Positions 51,690 through 62,779 of a stretch of DNA of 64,000 bases are shown in pieces (the stretch's first letter is position 1; each line of letters opens with the position of its first letter). The notes under the pieces are model-generated. The model made no database searches. It was not told the DNA's origin and saw only the letters and a program-made list of their open reading frames with translations. The stretch comes from a bacterium (GTDB lineage Bacteria > Patescibacteriota > Microgenomatia > Levybacterales > UBA12049). The translations under genes were made by a program, and so were the position numbers. The stretch spans positions 5,082 through 69,081 of the forward strand of contig JAJYDJ010000002.1 in NCBI GenBank assembly GCA_021777565.1, in the 5' to 3' direction.

Positions 51690-53434
51690 TGTATACCAAT
51701 TATCATATTGATTTTACTGGAATTACGGGACTGCCTGATGAAACGACCTGGACACAGGTATACCATGCGGGCAATTTAAGCGTGCTCATTGTCCTTCAGG
51801 AGAAAAAACCCGATGAAGAAGATAGGACAAAACTTGCAAAGAAGGGTCAGCATATCCTCCACTCACTTGAGGCTGAATTTTTTTCATTACAGACAAAAAC
51901 ACTATCAACTATTAAAAAAATAATTGAAGAACTCATAGAAGACAACAAAGACTTGCTTTCCTCCTGTGCTATCAGTGTCACCTCAGAGCACATGTATATC
52001 TACACCTATGGGCAAGCAAGTATCCTCCTTTCACGAGGAGGGCACGCTGGCAAAATCATGGGTCCAAGTGAAGAACTCGTCGCGCTTGAGGGGAAAAGAG
52101 AACCAGGCGATCAGCTCCTGTTGGTCACTCAGGCACTTCTTGAAGCCATTCCTGCAAAAGATTTATTAGAAGGACTGACCCTTTCTCCTGATGAGTTCCA
52201 TGAGACGTATATGGCACGTATTCACGAGGCTCAAGATCCACACCTTGCCTGTGCTCGTATTGATGTGCTCCCTGAACCAGAAGAAGAAAATGCCTTTGAA
52301 CAAACTCCAGACGAGACATCTGAGGAAACTCCTGAGATAGATGAACCAATACAGGAAGCAAAACAGGCACCAGAAGAGAAAGAGGAAGAGGAAACACCAC
52401 CTGCCCCGCCAATAAAGCTCTCTGAAGCCACAGAAAGACGACGAGAGAGAAGTGAGTCATTCGGGCAACGTTTCCCCCACCGCAAGAGACTTCTCTGGAC
52501 CATCACTCTTCTTATCGCGATTACCTTTATTGTCAGTATTATTCTGTATATGAGAAATTCTCAGGAGCGTAAAATTCATGATCTTTTCCAAACATCTGTT
52601 ATCCCTCTTGAGAAAACCATTACTGATGCACAGGCAATTGAGTCTATTAACCCCACACAAGCACAACAACAACTCAGTGATGCCAAGGGACAATTAGAGA
52701 AACTCCTTCCTCAATTCCCAACAAATTCTAGTGAATACAAACAAATACAAGACCTGCTCAACAAGCTTCAAAGTGGTGCACAGAATGCAACGACCCTCCC
52801 ACTCGCCTCCTCACCCAGTCCCCTCCTTCAGGCATGGATCGCCCATCCAGACACGACCGCCGGATTTGAAGATACGAAAGACTTTTATCTCGCCAATACA
52901 ACCAATGTGACACGAACCCAGAAAAGCACATCAACAAGTGACACCATGCTTTCCAACAAGTCATATTGGGACAGCGCAAAGTCAGTCGTTATTTATAGTG
53001 GGAATATTTACCTGCTCAGCACTCAGGATGTGCTCAAATTTGTCCCAAGTGGCAGTGGCTACAGCAAGTCTTCCTACTTTGCCCAGACAACCGATGTAAG
53101 TCAGGCAACAAGCATTGCAGTTGATCAAAACATGTGGGTTGGGATGCATGATGGCTCAATCGCAAAGTATAACCGAGGGAAAATACAAACATTTACCCTT
53201 AGCTCATCTATGGGTAAACCCCAAACCATCTCCTATCTTTTTACCACACCAGATAGTGATTCACTCTTTGCCATCGACACAACCCAGTCGCTTCTGTATG
53301 TCATAAATAAATCTGGAAGTGTGACCAAAACTATTCCTGTAGCCCCTGGTATTCAGGCAGCCACTCTTTTACCAGATGCCTCTGCGATCCAGGTTGTGAT
53401 TGGTGGAAAGATCTATCAAGTAGCACTTCAATAA
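51689..53434 (+). CDS. membrane protein: degenerate PP2C-like N-domain, TM, beta-propeller ectodomain
   Basis: G.A.ILL.RGG..GDQLLLVT; YSGNIYLL, SIAVD..WV repeats. Confidence 0.7.
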   Translation: MYTNYHIDFTGITGLPDETTWTQVYHAGNLSVLIVLQEKKPDEEDRTKLAKKGQHILHSLEAEFFSLQTKTLSTIKKIIEELIEDNKDLLSSCAISVTSEHMYIYTYGQASILLSRGGHAGKIMGPSEELVALEGKREPGDQLLLVTQALLEAIPAKDLLEGLTLSPDEFHETYMARIHEAQDPHLACARIDVLPEPEEENAFEQTPDETSEETPEIDEPIQEAKQAPEEKEEEETPPAPPIKLSEATERRRERSESFGQRFPHRKRLLWTITLLIAITFIVSIILYMRNSQERKIHDLFQTSVIPLEKTITDAQAIESINPTQAQQQLSDAKGQLEKLLPQFPTNSSEYKQIQDLLNKLQSGAQNATTLPLASSPSPLLQAWIAHPDTTAGFEDTKDFYLANTTNVTRTQKSTSTSDTMLSNKSYWDSAKSVVIYSGNIYLLSTQDVLKFVPSGSGYSKSSYFAQTTDVSQATSIAVDQNMWVGMHDGSIAKYNRGKIQTFTLSSSMGKPQTISYLFTTPDSDSLFAIDTTQSLLYVINKSGSVTKTIPVAPGIQAATLLPDASAIQVVIGGKIYQVALQ

Positions 53435-54882
53435 CGCTGATAAATAGTCCCTACTTCTCCTGAGAAGATAGGATGAAACCCTGCTTTCAGTGCCGCCTTA
53501 CTCAAAGAGAATGAGGATTGGTCTGTTGGCATAAGCCATTTTAAGAATGCAGGTAGCTTTCTGGATTTTGTATCAGTTTTCTCTTTTGGTAACAGAAGTG
53601 TCGTGATATTGTATTCCTTGGCAACTTTCGTAAAAGACAGTTTTCCCATGCCAAGAGCCAGATAATCTCCAAAGGCATACGAACTCTCCCCTGCTATATT
53701 CTGGCGCCAACTAGGCATACGCCCATCAATAAATTCCTTTTCATTTGGAAGTTGCCAGATAACATACCCACCCCAGTTATATAAGGTGAACAGGTGGCCA
53801 TAGAATGGATGCGACTTCAAATAAGCAACTTCCTGTACTGGATACATTCTCTCCTGTCGCATGTCCCTGACTGCCATAAGAGTAATGCCCATTTGGACAA
53901 GACAGCAAAGTGCAATACCGCCAATGACAAACCGATTCGCAATGCGTAGTCTCACCAGCTGTTCTTTGTCCAAACTTGCAACCAGCGCTTCACACAACAT
54001 TCCCATATACACTGTTGCAAAGACAAACCACAGCACAATATTTCGCATGCTAGAAAGAGCCATGAGTGATAAAAGAAAAAAGAATGCATGAGAGACAATC
54101 CCCACTTTTCTCCAAAACAGGAGCAAGATGCCAATGATGACTCCAAACCCAAGCCACAGAGAGAACAAATCAAAGGCAAAGATTGATGGTTGCCACTCGA
54201 TGATGTATTGGCGAAGTGCCCGATCACTCATAGATGACCACACTTCTTGCCACAGATGATACCCATATGGATTTACAAACGTTACCAGAATACTCAATAA
54301 AAAAATACTAAGATGATACACCGGCAGTCTTCTCTTCTCTATCCACATCCCAACGGTATACATTCCGAGAGCAGCTAGCCCTATAGGGAATCCTCCATGC
54401 ACGTTAGCCCACAGGAGAAAAAGGAGTGGGAATACCCCAAAAAACTTCTTTTTAGAGAGCATCCACAAGGTAAAAGCAAAGAAAAACCATGTGAGTATTT
54501 GTGGTCTGACACCGACAAAGACAAGCATGGTTGTTCCACTCAGGATTAACAGTCCAATCCCGTACTGGCATACCCGTTTTGAAAGTGTCAGATACCCTAA
54601 AACCAAACTCCCAACGGTAATGGCAGCAACGATCGCTGATAACCCAACAAGCCCAAAAATAGGGAACGTTAATGCAATAAACACATCAGTCAGCCATTCA
54701 TGGTCGACCGCATGAAAACTTGGCATGGTATAGGAGAACGGATCAGTTTTCGGGATGCCATGTGCGAGGATCAACTGTCCCATTTTTAGATGCCACCCAA
54801 AATCTGGATCAAGTACCACCGCCCCACGTATCCAAAATACGAGGAAAAATATAGTACAAATAAGAATAAGTAGTTTTTTCAT
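53428..54882 (-). CDS. polytopic membrane protein, GT-C-like
   Basis: DPDFGWHL.MG, DPFSYT, HEWL, RPQ, LWANVHGGF, NPYG, EWQP, FIDGR. Confidence 0.8.
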   Translation of the reverse strand: MKKLLILICTIFFLVFWIRGAVVLDPDFGWHLKMGQLILAHGIPKTDPFSYTMPSFHAVDHEWLTDVFIALTFPIFGLVGLSAIVAAITVGSLVLGYLTLSKRVCQYGIGLLILSGTTMLVFVGVRPQILTWFFFAFTLWMLSKKKFFGVFPLLFLLWANVHGGFPIGLAALGMYTVGMWIEKRRLPVYHLSIFLLSILVTFVNPYGYHLWQEVWSSMSDRALRQYIIEWQPSIFAFDLFSLWLGFGVIIGILLLFWRKVGIVSHAFFFLLSLMALSSMRNIVLWFVFATVYMGMLCEALVASLDKEQLVRLRIANRFVIGGIALCCLVQMGITLMAVRDMRQERMYPVQEVAYLKSHPFYGHLFTLYNWGGYVIWQLPNEKEFIDGRMPSWRQNIAGESSYAFGDYLALGMGKLSFTKVAKEYNITTLLLPKEKTDTKSRKLPAFLKWLMPTDQSSFSLSKAALKAGFHPIFSGEVGTIYQRY

Positions 54883-56051
54883 CCGATCCACCACCAATTA
54901 ATAAACAGTAAAGACACGATACCTAAAAAGAGGCCTGAGAACAAGAGTGTGAGCACATATTTCCATCCAGTAAGTTTTTGACACGCTACACCAATGAGTG
55001 GGAAGAGGGCGAGACTATAGCGCATGTATGACATCGTATCCGAGACCATCAGTGGCGTTGCCCACAGTATTAGCGTGGTAAGACCCAAAGGCTCGGGCAA
55101 ATTTTTCCACCAGACAAGAAGACCAATCAGTCCAACAAGTCCAACCAGCGTGTCCAGTTGAGAGAAATGGAAGGAGTGAAGAGGAAGTGCAAAAAAGACA
55201 CTGATGCTTGTCAAAAATGGAAGAAATGGGAACATCCCATATGCCCAGCCAAATTGCCTCACATGCAAGAAAAAAAGCATGTCCCCTGTTTGATACCAGT
55301 TAAAAAGAACCCACAGAACAAGTGGAATGAGGGCAATGCTAAACAGAAGCAGTATCTGCGTTCTTTTCAATCCATTTTTATATGCCCAATAGACGAGCAC
55401 CACAAGGAGAAGCCAACTTGTCCCGCTCACGATATTGGCACAGGCTAAAAACAGGGCTGCCAGATACAATCTTTTTTTTGTGAGAAAGTAGCTAAACCAG
55501 ACCAGAAGAAGAAGCCGCAAGCTATCAGAATACGGTGCATAGAGAAAAATACTGATCGGAAGTAGGAAAAAGAGCCAGGTTGCCCTCTGCCCTACCTTTT
55601 GACCAAACCAAGAAAGGAAGGCAAACCGAAGACTTAGAAACGTCAAAAGGGCAAGCGAGAGGGTCGTGACAAAAGCGGCAACTGGCAATGGGTGTATCAC
55701 CAGTGTGGCTGCTTTCAAAACAAGTGGGTACAAAGGGAAAAAGGCATAGGTAACTGCCTGCATCTGAGCCCTATTTTGAAAATCTGGTGAGGCTGGATGT
55801 GTAGGATATCCTCCGGCAGCAATGCGCATATACCACTGCACGTCATATTGGTCGAGTGAGTCAACAAGGCTAAAGTGATGGCCACTCATGCGTGGATCAG
55901 CCATAAAATGATGGGCATTGAATACGTAATTTAGCGTGTGAAAGGGTACGCGTGCATGGGCAAGCTGCATCCAGCCATACAAAAGGCACAAAATGAGGCT
56001 AAAAATTCCAGTAGCAATGAGTGTCGATCGTGAGAAAAGGTATCTATACAT
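54879..56051 (-). CDS. PIG-V-like mannosyltransferase (GT-C)
   Basis: YDVQWYMRIA.GGY, AFFPLYP, YSDSL, SYMRY. Confidence 0.8.
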   Translation of the reverse strand: MYRYLFSRSTLIATGIFSLILCLLYGWMQLAHARVPFHTLNYVFNAHHFMADPRMSGHHFSLVDSLDQYDVQWYMRIAAGGYPTHPASPDFQNRAQMQAVTYAFFPLYPLVLKAATLVIHPLPVAAFVTTLSLALLTFLSLRFAFLSWFGQKVGQRATWLFFLLPISIFLYAPYSDSLRLLLLVWFSYFLTKKRLYLAALFLACANIVSGTSWLLLVVLVYWAYKNGLKRTQILLLFSIALIPLVLWVLFNWYQTGDMLFFLHVRQFGWAYGMFPFLPFLTSISVFFALPLHSFHFSQLDTLVGLVGLIGLLVWWKNLPEPLGLTTLILWATPLMVSDTMSYMRYSLALFPLIGVACQKLTGWKYVLTLLFSGLFLGIVSLLFINWWWIG

Positions 56052-56093
56052 GCAAAAAACTTGTTTCTTTGGGCTACTTTCATTATCATAAGC

Positions 56094-56537
56094 ATGAGTA
56101 TGACAATACGCAACAAACACGCACAAGGCGACTATGCTATTGGAGACACCTTTGAGGCTGGCATTAGCCTCACAGGAGCCGAGGTCAAGGCTATTCGCAC
56201 CGGACATGCCGATATTACGGGGAGTTTTGTGCGCATTCTTGGCGGTGAAGCCTATTTGGTAGGCTCAAAAGTGTATCCGTACAAGTACGCTCGTCCCGAG
56301 ATGTTCCAGGAGGCACGCTCAAGAAAGCTCCTGTTGCACAAGGCTGAGCTCATCTCTTTGAAGTCAAAAATGGAGGGGCAGCATTTGACATTGGTCCCTC
56401 TTTCACTATATACTAAAGGCCGAATCATCAAGCTTTCTGTAGGCTTAGGTAAGGGTAAAAAGCAGTTTGACAAGCGCAAAGAATTGAGACAAAAATCGAT
56501 CAATAGAGATATTGAGCGAGCACTTACTGGCAAGTAA
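56094..56537 (+). CDS. smpB: SsrA-binding protein
   Basis: NK.A..DY, EAGI.L.G.EVKAIR, RKLLLHK, GKGKK.FDKR. Confidence 0.95.
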   Translation: MSMTIRNKHAQGDYAIGDTFEAGISLTGAEVKAIRTGHADITGSFVRILGGEAYLVGSKVYPYKYARPEMFQEARSRKLLLHKAELISLKSKMEGQHLTLVPLSLYTKGRIIKLSVGLGKGKKQFDKRKELRQKSINRDIERALTGK

Positions 56538-56579
56538 TCAGCCTTCGCAGTAAGATATCTTGAAAAGGGATATTTTTCT

Positions 56580-56996
56580 GGGGATGCATTGATTCGACAA
56601 GATCGCACGTTAACAAATCGCAAGCCGACTTTGAGTACCAGTCGTAAAACAGATTCAACAATTAAATGCTGACGGAATAATCAGCAAGGTGCGTCAAGCC
56701 ACTACGCAAGTATTGGCAGACATGGGCAACGTTGTTGCTCCATCTTATCAAAGAGCTTATCTCTTTGCATAAGGCACTGTCCTTACTCTTTTTCTCGGTG
56801 AAGAGTTTGGGCTAAAACACAGCTGAGAGAACGAGTTTTTACTGCGGTAAACGGTAGAAATTAGCTTTTATTTATCTAGTCTATGTTTTTCCTGTTGATG
56901 GGAACAGAAGATAGGCGAATTTTTTATACATCAACTACGCTTGTAGACGTTTGTTTTCCTGTATTTTGGACTGGGGCTCGTTACCCCACATCTCCA
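56580..56996 (+). ncRNA. ssrA: tmRNA
   Basis: 5' GGGGATG..GATTCGAC; 3' T arm and CATCTCC-A with G3:U; tag ORF 56668-56772; next to smpB. Confidence 0.9.
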
Positions 56997-56998
56997 CA

Positions 56999-57691
56999 CT
57001 ATTCGTCTTGCTCTCTGGCAAGACATAAGCCATATACCCTTCTTACACCATTGTGTTTGAGTATTCTTGCAGCTTCCATGAGTGTAGACCCTGTGGTGAG
57101 CACGTCATCCACTAGAAAAACAATCGATTTTTCAACATTAGAAGTTAACACAAATGCATCTCGCATATTACTCTTTCTCTCTAACGGTGAAAGCCCAAAT
57201 TGTGCCTTCGTGTTTTTCTGTCGTATCAAACAGTTTGAGACAGGCATATGTACCAATTCCCCAAGTTTTTGGGCAAGCAGACGTGACTGATTATATCCTC
57301 TCACGCGTTCTCTCCTGCGATGCAGTGGTATTGGTATCAATACCCCTTCCCCACGACTCAGCAGTTCCCCTACAATTTCCTTTTGAATAAGACTTTCATA
57401 CATGAGCGTAGAAAGAAATCCTGCCATATGAGAAAGATATGGCTCATATTTAAATTGATATAAAAGCGTATTAATGATGTGTTTATATGAAAGTGCGCAA
57501 AAAACGCCATCTAGTGAGTATCGATTCTGACATGCGGGATGCGTAAGGCCATCTAGCGATGGTTTATTGCAGACACAGCAAAGATGTTTGACATCAAATG
57601 AGAGTTTTGCAAAACATCGTGTACACAGATACTCTCCCCATCTTTGACAGATCACACAATACGTTGGAAAAAGAAGATCGATAAGACCCAC
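56999..57691 (-). CDS. comF: ComF-family protein (zinc ribbon + PRTase)
   Basis: LFP..C..C, PIPLH..R...RGYNQS, LVDDVLTTGST. Confidence 0.92.
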   Translation of the reverse strand: MGLIDLLFPTYCVICQRWGEYLCTRCFAKLSFDVKHLCCVCNKPSLDGLTHPACQNRYSLDGVFCALSYKHIINTLLYQFKYEPYLSHMAGFLSTLMYESLIQKEIVGELLSRGEGVLIPIPLHRRRERVRGYNQSRLLAQKLGELVHMPVSNCLIRQKNTKAQFGLSPLERKSNMRDAFVLTSNVEKSIVFLVDDVLTTGSTLMEAARILKHNGVRRVYGLCLAREQDE

Positions 57692-57727
57692 AAATCCAGT
57701 CTATCAATCTGATATAATCCTTCTCAA

Positions 57728-57813
57728 GGAGGAGTCGCATAGAGGCCCATTGCGGAGGTTTGCTAAATCTCTGAGCCGCAAGGCTCGCGCAGGTTCGAAT
57801 CCTGTCTCCTCCG
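57728..57813 (+). tRNA. tRNA-Ser(GCT)
   Basis: Long variable arm, G73, loop TT-GCT-AA. Confidence 0.93.
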
Positions 57814-57886
57814 CCTTTGTTCGCCGAAGCTCTGCTTGCAGAGCGAAGGAGAATTTCGGCTCACTTCGGCGGACACAGTCCGCTAC

Positions 57887-58126
57887 ATGTTTTATTACGT
57901 TTACATACTTAAATGTTCTGACGGGAATCCATATACTGGATGTACAAATAACCTAAAAGATCGTATCCATAGGCATGAGTTAGGTTATGTCCCTGCTACT
58001 AAGACAAGATTACCAGTAGTCCTTACTACCTATTTTGCATTTTCTGATAAATAAAAAGCTTATCAATTTGAATCATACTTAAAATCGGGTTCTGGACGTG
58101 CCTTTCTCAAAAAACATATCTTTTAG
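57887..58126 (+). pseudogene. small GIY-YIG nuclease with in-frame TAA at 58052-58054
   Basis: YYVYIL.C..G..YTGCT.NL.DR..RH; the frame continues past the stop as KAYQFESYLKSGSGRAFLKK. Confidence 0.8.
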
Positions 58127-58217
58127 TTTTGTCTTCTCAAACAGCGCTATTTCACGTATAATTGGGGTACTTACGGAGAGGTCGCCCCATAAAGGGACTA
58201 CGCTCCTCGTTAAACTC

Positions 58218-58305
<88 letters not shown>

Positions 58306-58327
58306 CAGGGAATTATTTTTTGTGAAG

Positions 58328-58933
58328 TTAACTGGGGATTTCACGTGAGCTAATAATATTCATAAACTGCTTTCTATATTCTTCTGATTTCTCAAACTCA
58401 CCTTTATACACACAGGTTGTCATGATTGACATTTTCTTTTCAACACCTCGTGCGATATTACAGAAATGCTTTCCCTCAATATATACAGCAGCGCCTCGTG
58501 CATGGCCTACTTTCATGAGTGCCTCAGCAATCTGCGTGCCAAGCGTTTCCTGATCCTGCAGTCTTCTCGCATAGATATCAACAGCACGGGAAAGTTTACT
58601 AATTCCTAATACATGTTTGGGGGACGGAATATATGCGATATGTACGTAACCGAAAAATGGCAACAAGTGGTGCTCACATAAGGAAAAGAAGTCAATATTT
58701 CTCAGTGAGATGATCCCATTGTAGCTAGACAGATTCTCAAATAATTTATTTTCTTTTTCCAGTGACCTATCATACCCGCCAAGTAAATACTTTATAGCAA
58801 CTTCAAATCTTTTTGGTGTTTCCTTAAGACCATTTCTGTCTGGGTCTTCACCAAGTTGAACAAAGAATTCCCTCACAGCATCTTGTACCATGATTCCAGA
58901 TGGACTAATTTGTTTTTTCTTTGAACTAAACAT
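58328..58933 (-). CDS. folE: GTP cyclohydrolase I
   Basis: [42 protein letters not shown]. Confidence 0.92.
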   Translation of the reverse strand: MFSSKKKQISPSGIMVQDAVREFFVQLGEDPDRNGLKETPKRFEVAIKYLLGGYDRSLEKENKLFENLSSYNGIISLRNIDFFSLCEHHLLPFFGYVHIAYIPSPKHVLGISKLSRAVDIYARRLQDQETLGTQIAEALMKVGHARGAAVYIEGKHFCNIARGVEKKMSIMTTCVYKGEFEKSEEYRKQFMNIISSREIPS

Positions 58934-58936
58934 ACA

Positions 58937-59711
58937 TTACTTATTTTCAGGCAGAAGCTGCCATATAAAATCGAAGAGCTCTTTAGAGTTTTTATAATAA
59001 TCGTTATTTTTCAGCACTACTCCTGTTGGCCTTTCACCAATATTAATAATACTGACATACCCATCATAAATGAGAATATCGGCAGCAGTGAGACTAACAT
59101 TATCAGGTAAAAATTTATATGTATATCTTTCAAGTGTCTTTACACTCTGACCAAATGAATTTGTCTTTGCCCTTGACTCGGGAGATCCATCGATAATCTC
59201 ATAAATTTGTATTTCATTATTCTTTTTCAATGCCTCTGCAAACATGTCCCCGTTACCTGGCATGAGACTGGACATAAGAGAGAGATTCACATAAGACCTG
59301 AGTTCTTTCGCAGCGAATGCTGCCTCATAGATTTTATTAATTCCATTCTTCCCTTTGTAGTATTTCACCTCAAAGTTCCCATCATCATCACTTTGGGTAA
59401 ACATGCCGTGCATTTTCTGCAGCATTTCAGGAAGTCCTTCTTTAATTTGGTGTGCTGATTCTACCTTCTCCCCAACCAGACTGGTAAGCCCTTCGAGCGG
59501 CAAAAAGGGTGTGTGATCCTTTGACCATTCGGGTGACCAAGCCCTTCTCCTGCAACGGATTAATGTAGTTGTACATGGTAGTACGGTTCATCTCGAGCAT
59601 TTGAGCGAGCTCTTGAACACTTTTTGGGCCTTTTTCAAGAAGTTTTAAGTAGATCTTTGTTTCTATATCAGATAGCCCTGCTTTTTCCAGGAATGCTTGG
59701 ATCGTATTCAT
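58937..59711 (-). pseudogene. TrmB-family HTH regulator split by a +1 frameshift near 59500
   Basis: N-part GLSDIETKIYLKLL..RTTMY..L.EKGLV; effector part (..GKNGINKIY..ILIYDGYVSII..FDFIWQ) in the next frame. Confidence 0.75.
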
Positions 59712-59921
59712 AGGCCTCCTGCCCGTATTATACGTACAACATTATGCATTTGTAAAGATGCAACTAGGTTTCACACACGCCCAGCCTCGCACTGTGTCTA
59801 TTTCCTGACAACCCCGTTGACAGAGAGGCAAAAATACATTATTCTACAACCTATAAAATAAGTTTAAAGACATGCCTCCATCTGACCACTTGCCAGACGC
59901 GCACGAGAATATACTATACAT

Positions 59922-61691
59922 ATGAAAAAGAAATCAGCTGTTCACGCACAGGCTCATCCTGAGCACACAAAACTTTCTCAATGGTTTGCAACCGCTATCT
60001 GTGGCAATGATATTCTCTCCTCTACTTTTTACGTCTCAGGTATCTCTATCATCTATGCTGGGGTCTATGCACCTATCGTACTTGCCTGTATCTCTCTCGT
60101 TCTTTTTTTCTATAAATCTGTCTATACCGAGGTTGTGAGTGCCTTGCCAGTTAACGGAGGTGCCTATAACTGCCTTTTGAATGCCACATCCAAACAACTT
60201 GCAGCTATTGCAGGCACAACGACAATCCTCTCTTATATAGCGACCGCCGTTATTTCAGGTGAATCAGCCATGCAATATTTGAACTCACTCGTAACTATTC
60301 CTGTTATTCCCCTTACGATTGGCCTTCTAGGACTCTTTGCAGTGCTGGTTATCTCAGGCATCAAAGACTCTGCAAAAGTTGCATTTGCTATCTTTAGCTT
60401 CCATGTATTGGTACTCTCTGGGTTTGTTGCCTTTGGCGCATACTATGCCCTCTCCGGAGGACACTCCTACCTCTGGGCCAATTTGACGGCAACCACCCCA
60501 ATTCTTGATCGTCTTGGTGGTCTTATTCCAGCCATCTTTTTTGGTTTTGCCGCTTCACTTCTGGGGGTATCTGGATTTGAATCCTCAGCTAACTTCGTTG
60601 AAGAACAAAAACCTGGGGTATTCCCAAAGACACTGAGAAACATGTTGATCAGTGTGGCTATTTTTAACCCATCTATCGCCCTTATCGCACTCAATACTCT
60701 TCCATTTGACGTCATTATCAAGGCGAAGGACTTCCTTCTCTCAGACGTTGCACACGTATTAGGTGGCCCGATACTACAATATATAGTCGTCATTGATGCC
60801 GTATTTGTTCTCTCAGGAGCCGTGCTGACTGCTTTTGTTGGAGTCAGTGGTCTTATCTTCCGTATGACGACCGATGGGTGCTTCCCTGATATTATTGCTA
60901 AAGTAAACAAGAAAGGCTCGTATCCCTACATAATTATCTTGTTCTTTGCACTATGTACCTCAATTCTTCTGGCAACTAACGGCGATCTTCTCTCCTTAGC
61001 AGGCGTCTACACGATCGCCTTCCTTTCAGTGATGACCTTGTTTGCCTTGGGTAATTTACTGATGCGTGAGACTCGAAAAGAGCTCAAACGTCCATACCAC
61101 GCACCACTCATCTTTGTCATTTTTGCATTTATTGCGACTGCTGTTGGTATCTTTGGCAACGTTCGACTTGACCCAGTCAATGTACGATACTTCCTTACAT
61201 ACTTTGCCCCAGCTATCTTGCTGGTCTTTGGAACTATATATTTAGACTATGTTCTTCGTGCACTGATGCGATTTACCAGAAGAATCCCTGTGCTGCATGA
61301 TTTCTTTGAAAGAATGTTTGATAAATCTGCGAGTGGTACATATATTGTGTTTGTGCATCACCTTGACCGCCTTTACGATATCCTTAACTACATTGATCGT
61401 AACGAAGTAGGGCGAAACGTATACTTTGTGCACTGCAATGACAAAGGCACACCAGAGTATGACAAAGACTATAAAGAGCTAGTAAAAACCATTCCAATTC
61501 TCCAAAAATCTGGCGTTTGCCCACAGCTTAATATCCAGACAGTATACCGTCATGAGAAATTTGGACCTGAGGTCGTAGATAGTGTCGCCCACGACTATAA
61601 AATACCTAAAAACAAAGTACTCCTTGGTTCTATCAGAGATGAACACACCTTTAGTTACGAAGAATTCGACGGTGCACGTATTATCTTCTAA
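59922..61691 (+). CDS. APC-family amino acid permease
   Basis: ATAICGNDILSS, LPVNGGAY, GVSGFESSANFVEE; about 12 TMs. Confidence 0.9.
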   Translation: MKKKSAVHAQAHPEHTKLSQWFATAICGNDILSSTFYVSGISIIYAGVYAPIVLACISLVLFFYKSVYTEVVSALPVNGGAYNCLLNATSKQLAAIAGTTTILSYIATAVISGESAMQYLNSLVTIPVIPLTIGLLGLFAVLVISGIKDSAKVAFAIFSFHVLVLSGFVAFGAYYALSGGHSYLWANLTATTPILDRLGGLIPAIFFGFAASLLGVSGFESSANFVEEQKPGVFPKTLRNMLISVAIFNPSIALIALNTLPFDVIIKAKDFLLSDVAHVLGGPILQYIVVIDAVFVLSGAVLTAFVGVSGLIFRMTTDGCFPDIIAKVNKKGSYPYIIILFFALCTSILLATNGDLLSLAGVYTIAFLSVMTLFALGNLLMRETRKELKRPYHAPLIFVIFAFIATAVGIFGNVRLDPVNVRYFLTYFAPAILLVFGTIYLDYVLRALMRFTRRIPVLHDFFERMFDKSASGTYIVFVHHLDRLYDILNYIDRNEVGRNVYFVHCNDKGTPEYDKDYKELVKTIPILQKSGVCPQLNIQTVYRHEKFGPEVVDSVAHDYKIPKNKVLLGSIRDEHTFSYEEFDGARIIF

Positions 61692-61726
61692 AATCCCTTC
61701 TTTTCCCGTATAATAAGCCCATCTCT

Positions 61727-61813
61727 GGAGAGGTCGCATAGAGGCCTAGTGCGCACGCTTGGAAAGCGTGTATGGGAGAAATCTCATCGAGGGTTCGAAT
61801 CCCTCCCTCTCCG
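61727..61813 (+). tRNA. tRNA-Ser(GGA)
   Basis: Long variable arm, G73, loop TT-GGA-AA. Confidence 0.93.
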
Positions 61814-61847
61814 CCTAACTCCTTTGGTTCCGTCAAGTCCCATCCAC

Positions 61848-62411
61848 TATATCCATTTAGCTTGTCTTAACTTGTTGAAAAATAGCCATAATTCACTCAG
61901 TTTTGTTCGAAACCCATTGCCTTACACTTTCCCAGGCACTACCTTCGTTTTTTTATACACAAACTTGAGTCTATGCAGTAGGTGGGTCATGCCATCAATG
62001 GAGTAATGTACCTGGTAGATCCTTCCTACGTATTCAACCACTTCTTTCACACTTTGACACGTATGGCTCTTGAGATAGGAAACCAGTTCTTGTTCTTGAA
62101 CCTTTGTTAATAACCAATTCCTTCCATGGTAGTGACATTCCAGAAGTCCTTCGATCTTCTTCTCTTGGTAGTGTTTCTCATATCTTCGTACAGTTACATC
62201 ATCCAACAGAAGTATTTTTGCAATTTGTTCATACGTAAATCCTTCATGAAGCAGAAGTATTGCCTTTATCCTATCTGCCAATCTTTTATCTCTCTGCTGT
62301 TTATGTGCAATACGAAGTTCTTTTACCTCTTCTCCAGTGAGCAATTCTTTCATCCTCCCTTACTATCTCAGACTACATCACACTTTTGCAATCCCTATGA
62401 AGATGGGTATA
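61848..62411 (-). mobile_element. IS630-family remnant (HTH part only, ORF 61922-62353; DDE domain missing)
   Basis: DRIKAILLL..G..YEQIAKIL..TVRRY; YSIDGMTHLLHRLKFVYKK..VPGK; imperfect TA-terminal IRs TATATCCATTT / AGATGGGTATA. Confidence 0.75.
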
Positions 62412-62779
62412 CATCTTAACACCTGCATGCTGTCTATGACAAGATATTCTCTTGGGTCATGACCAATTGACACATCTGAACGGCCTCAGAAGGAATATTG
62501 TGAATTCTTTGTGTTGAAATAGTGTGTATGTTGGTAGCCTATTCAGACACTATTGCTTGGGGAGAAGACTCCTCCCACTTTTCATTTTTTGCCGATATTT
62601 CATCCTACTTCTACAGATGTCCCTGATCTCACACATACACCACTTCCTTAAAAGTTCGCCTCTTTTACTTAACTCTCTATGCCTCATACTGACTGCCTGT
62701 AGGGCTTTTGTGAACCCCACAAAATTTTCTGTCACTTTTCGTCTTGACGGATTATCCGTTTACAGGATAAAGTTAAAAT

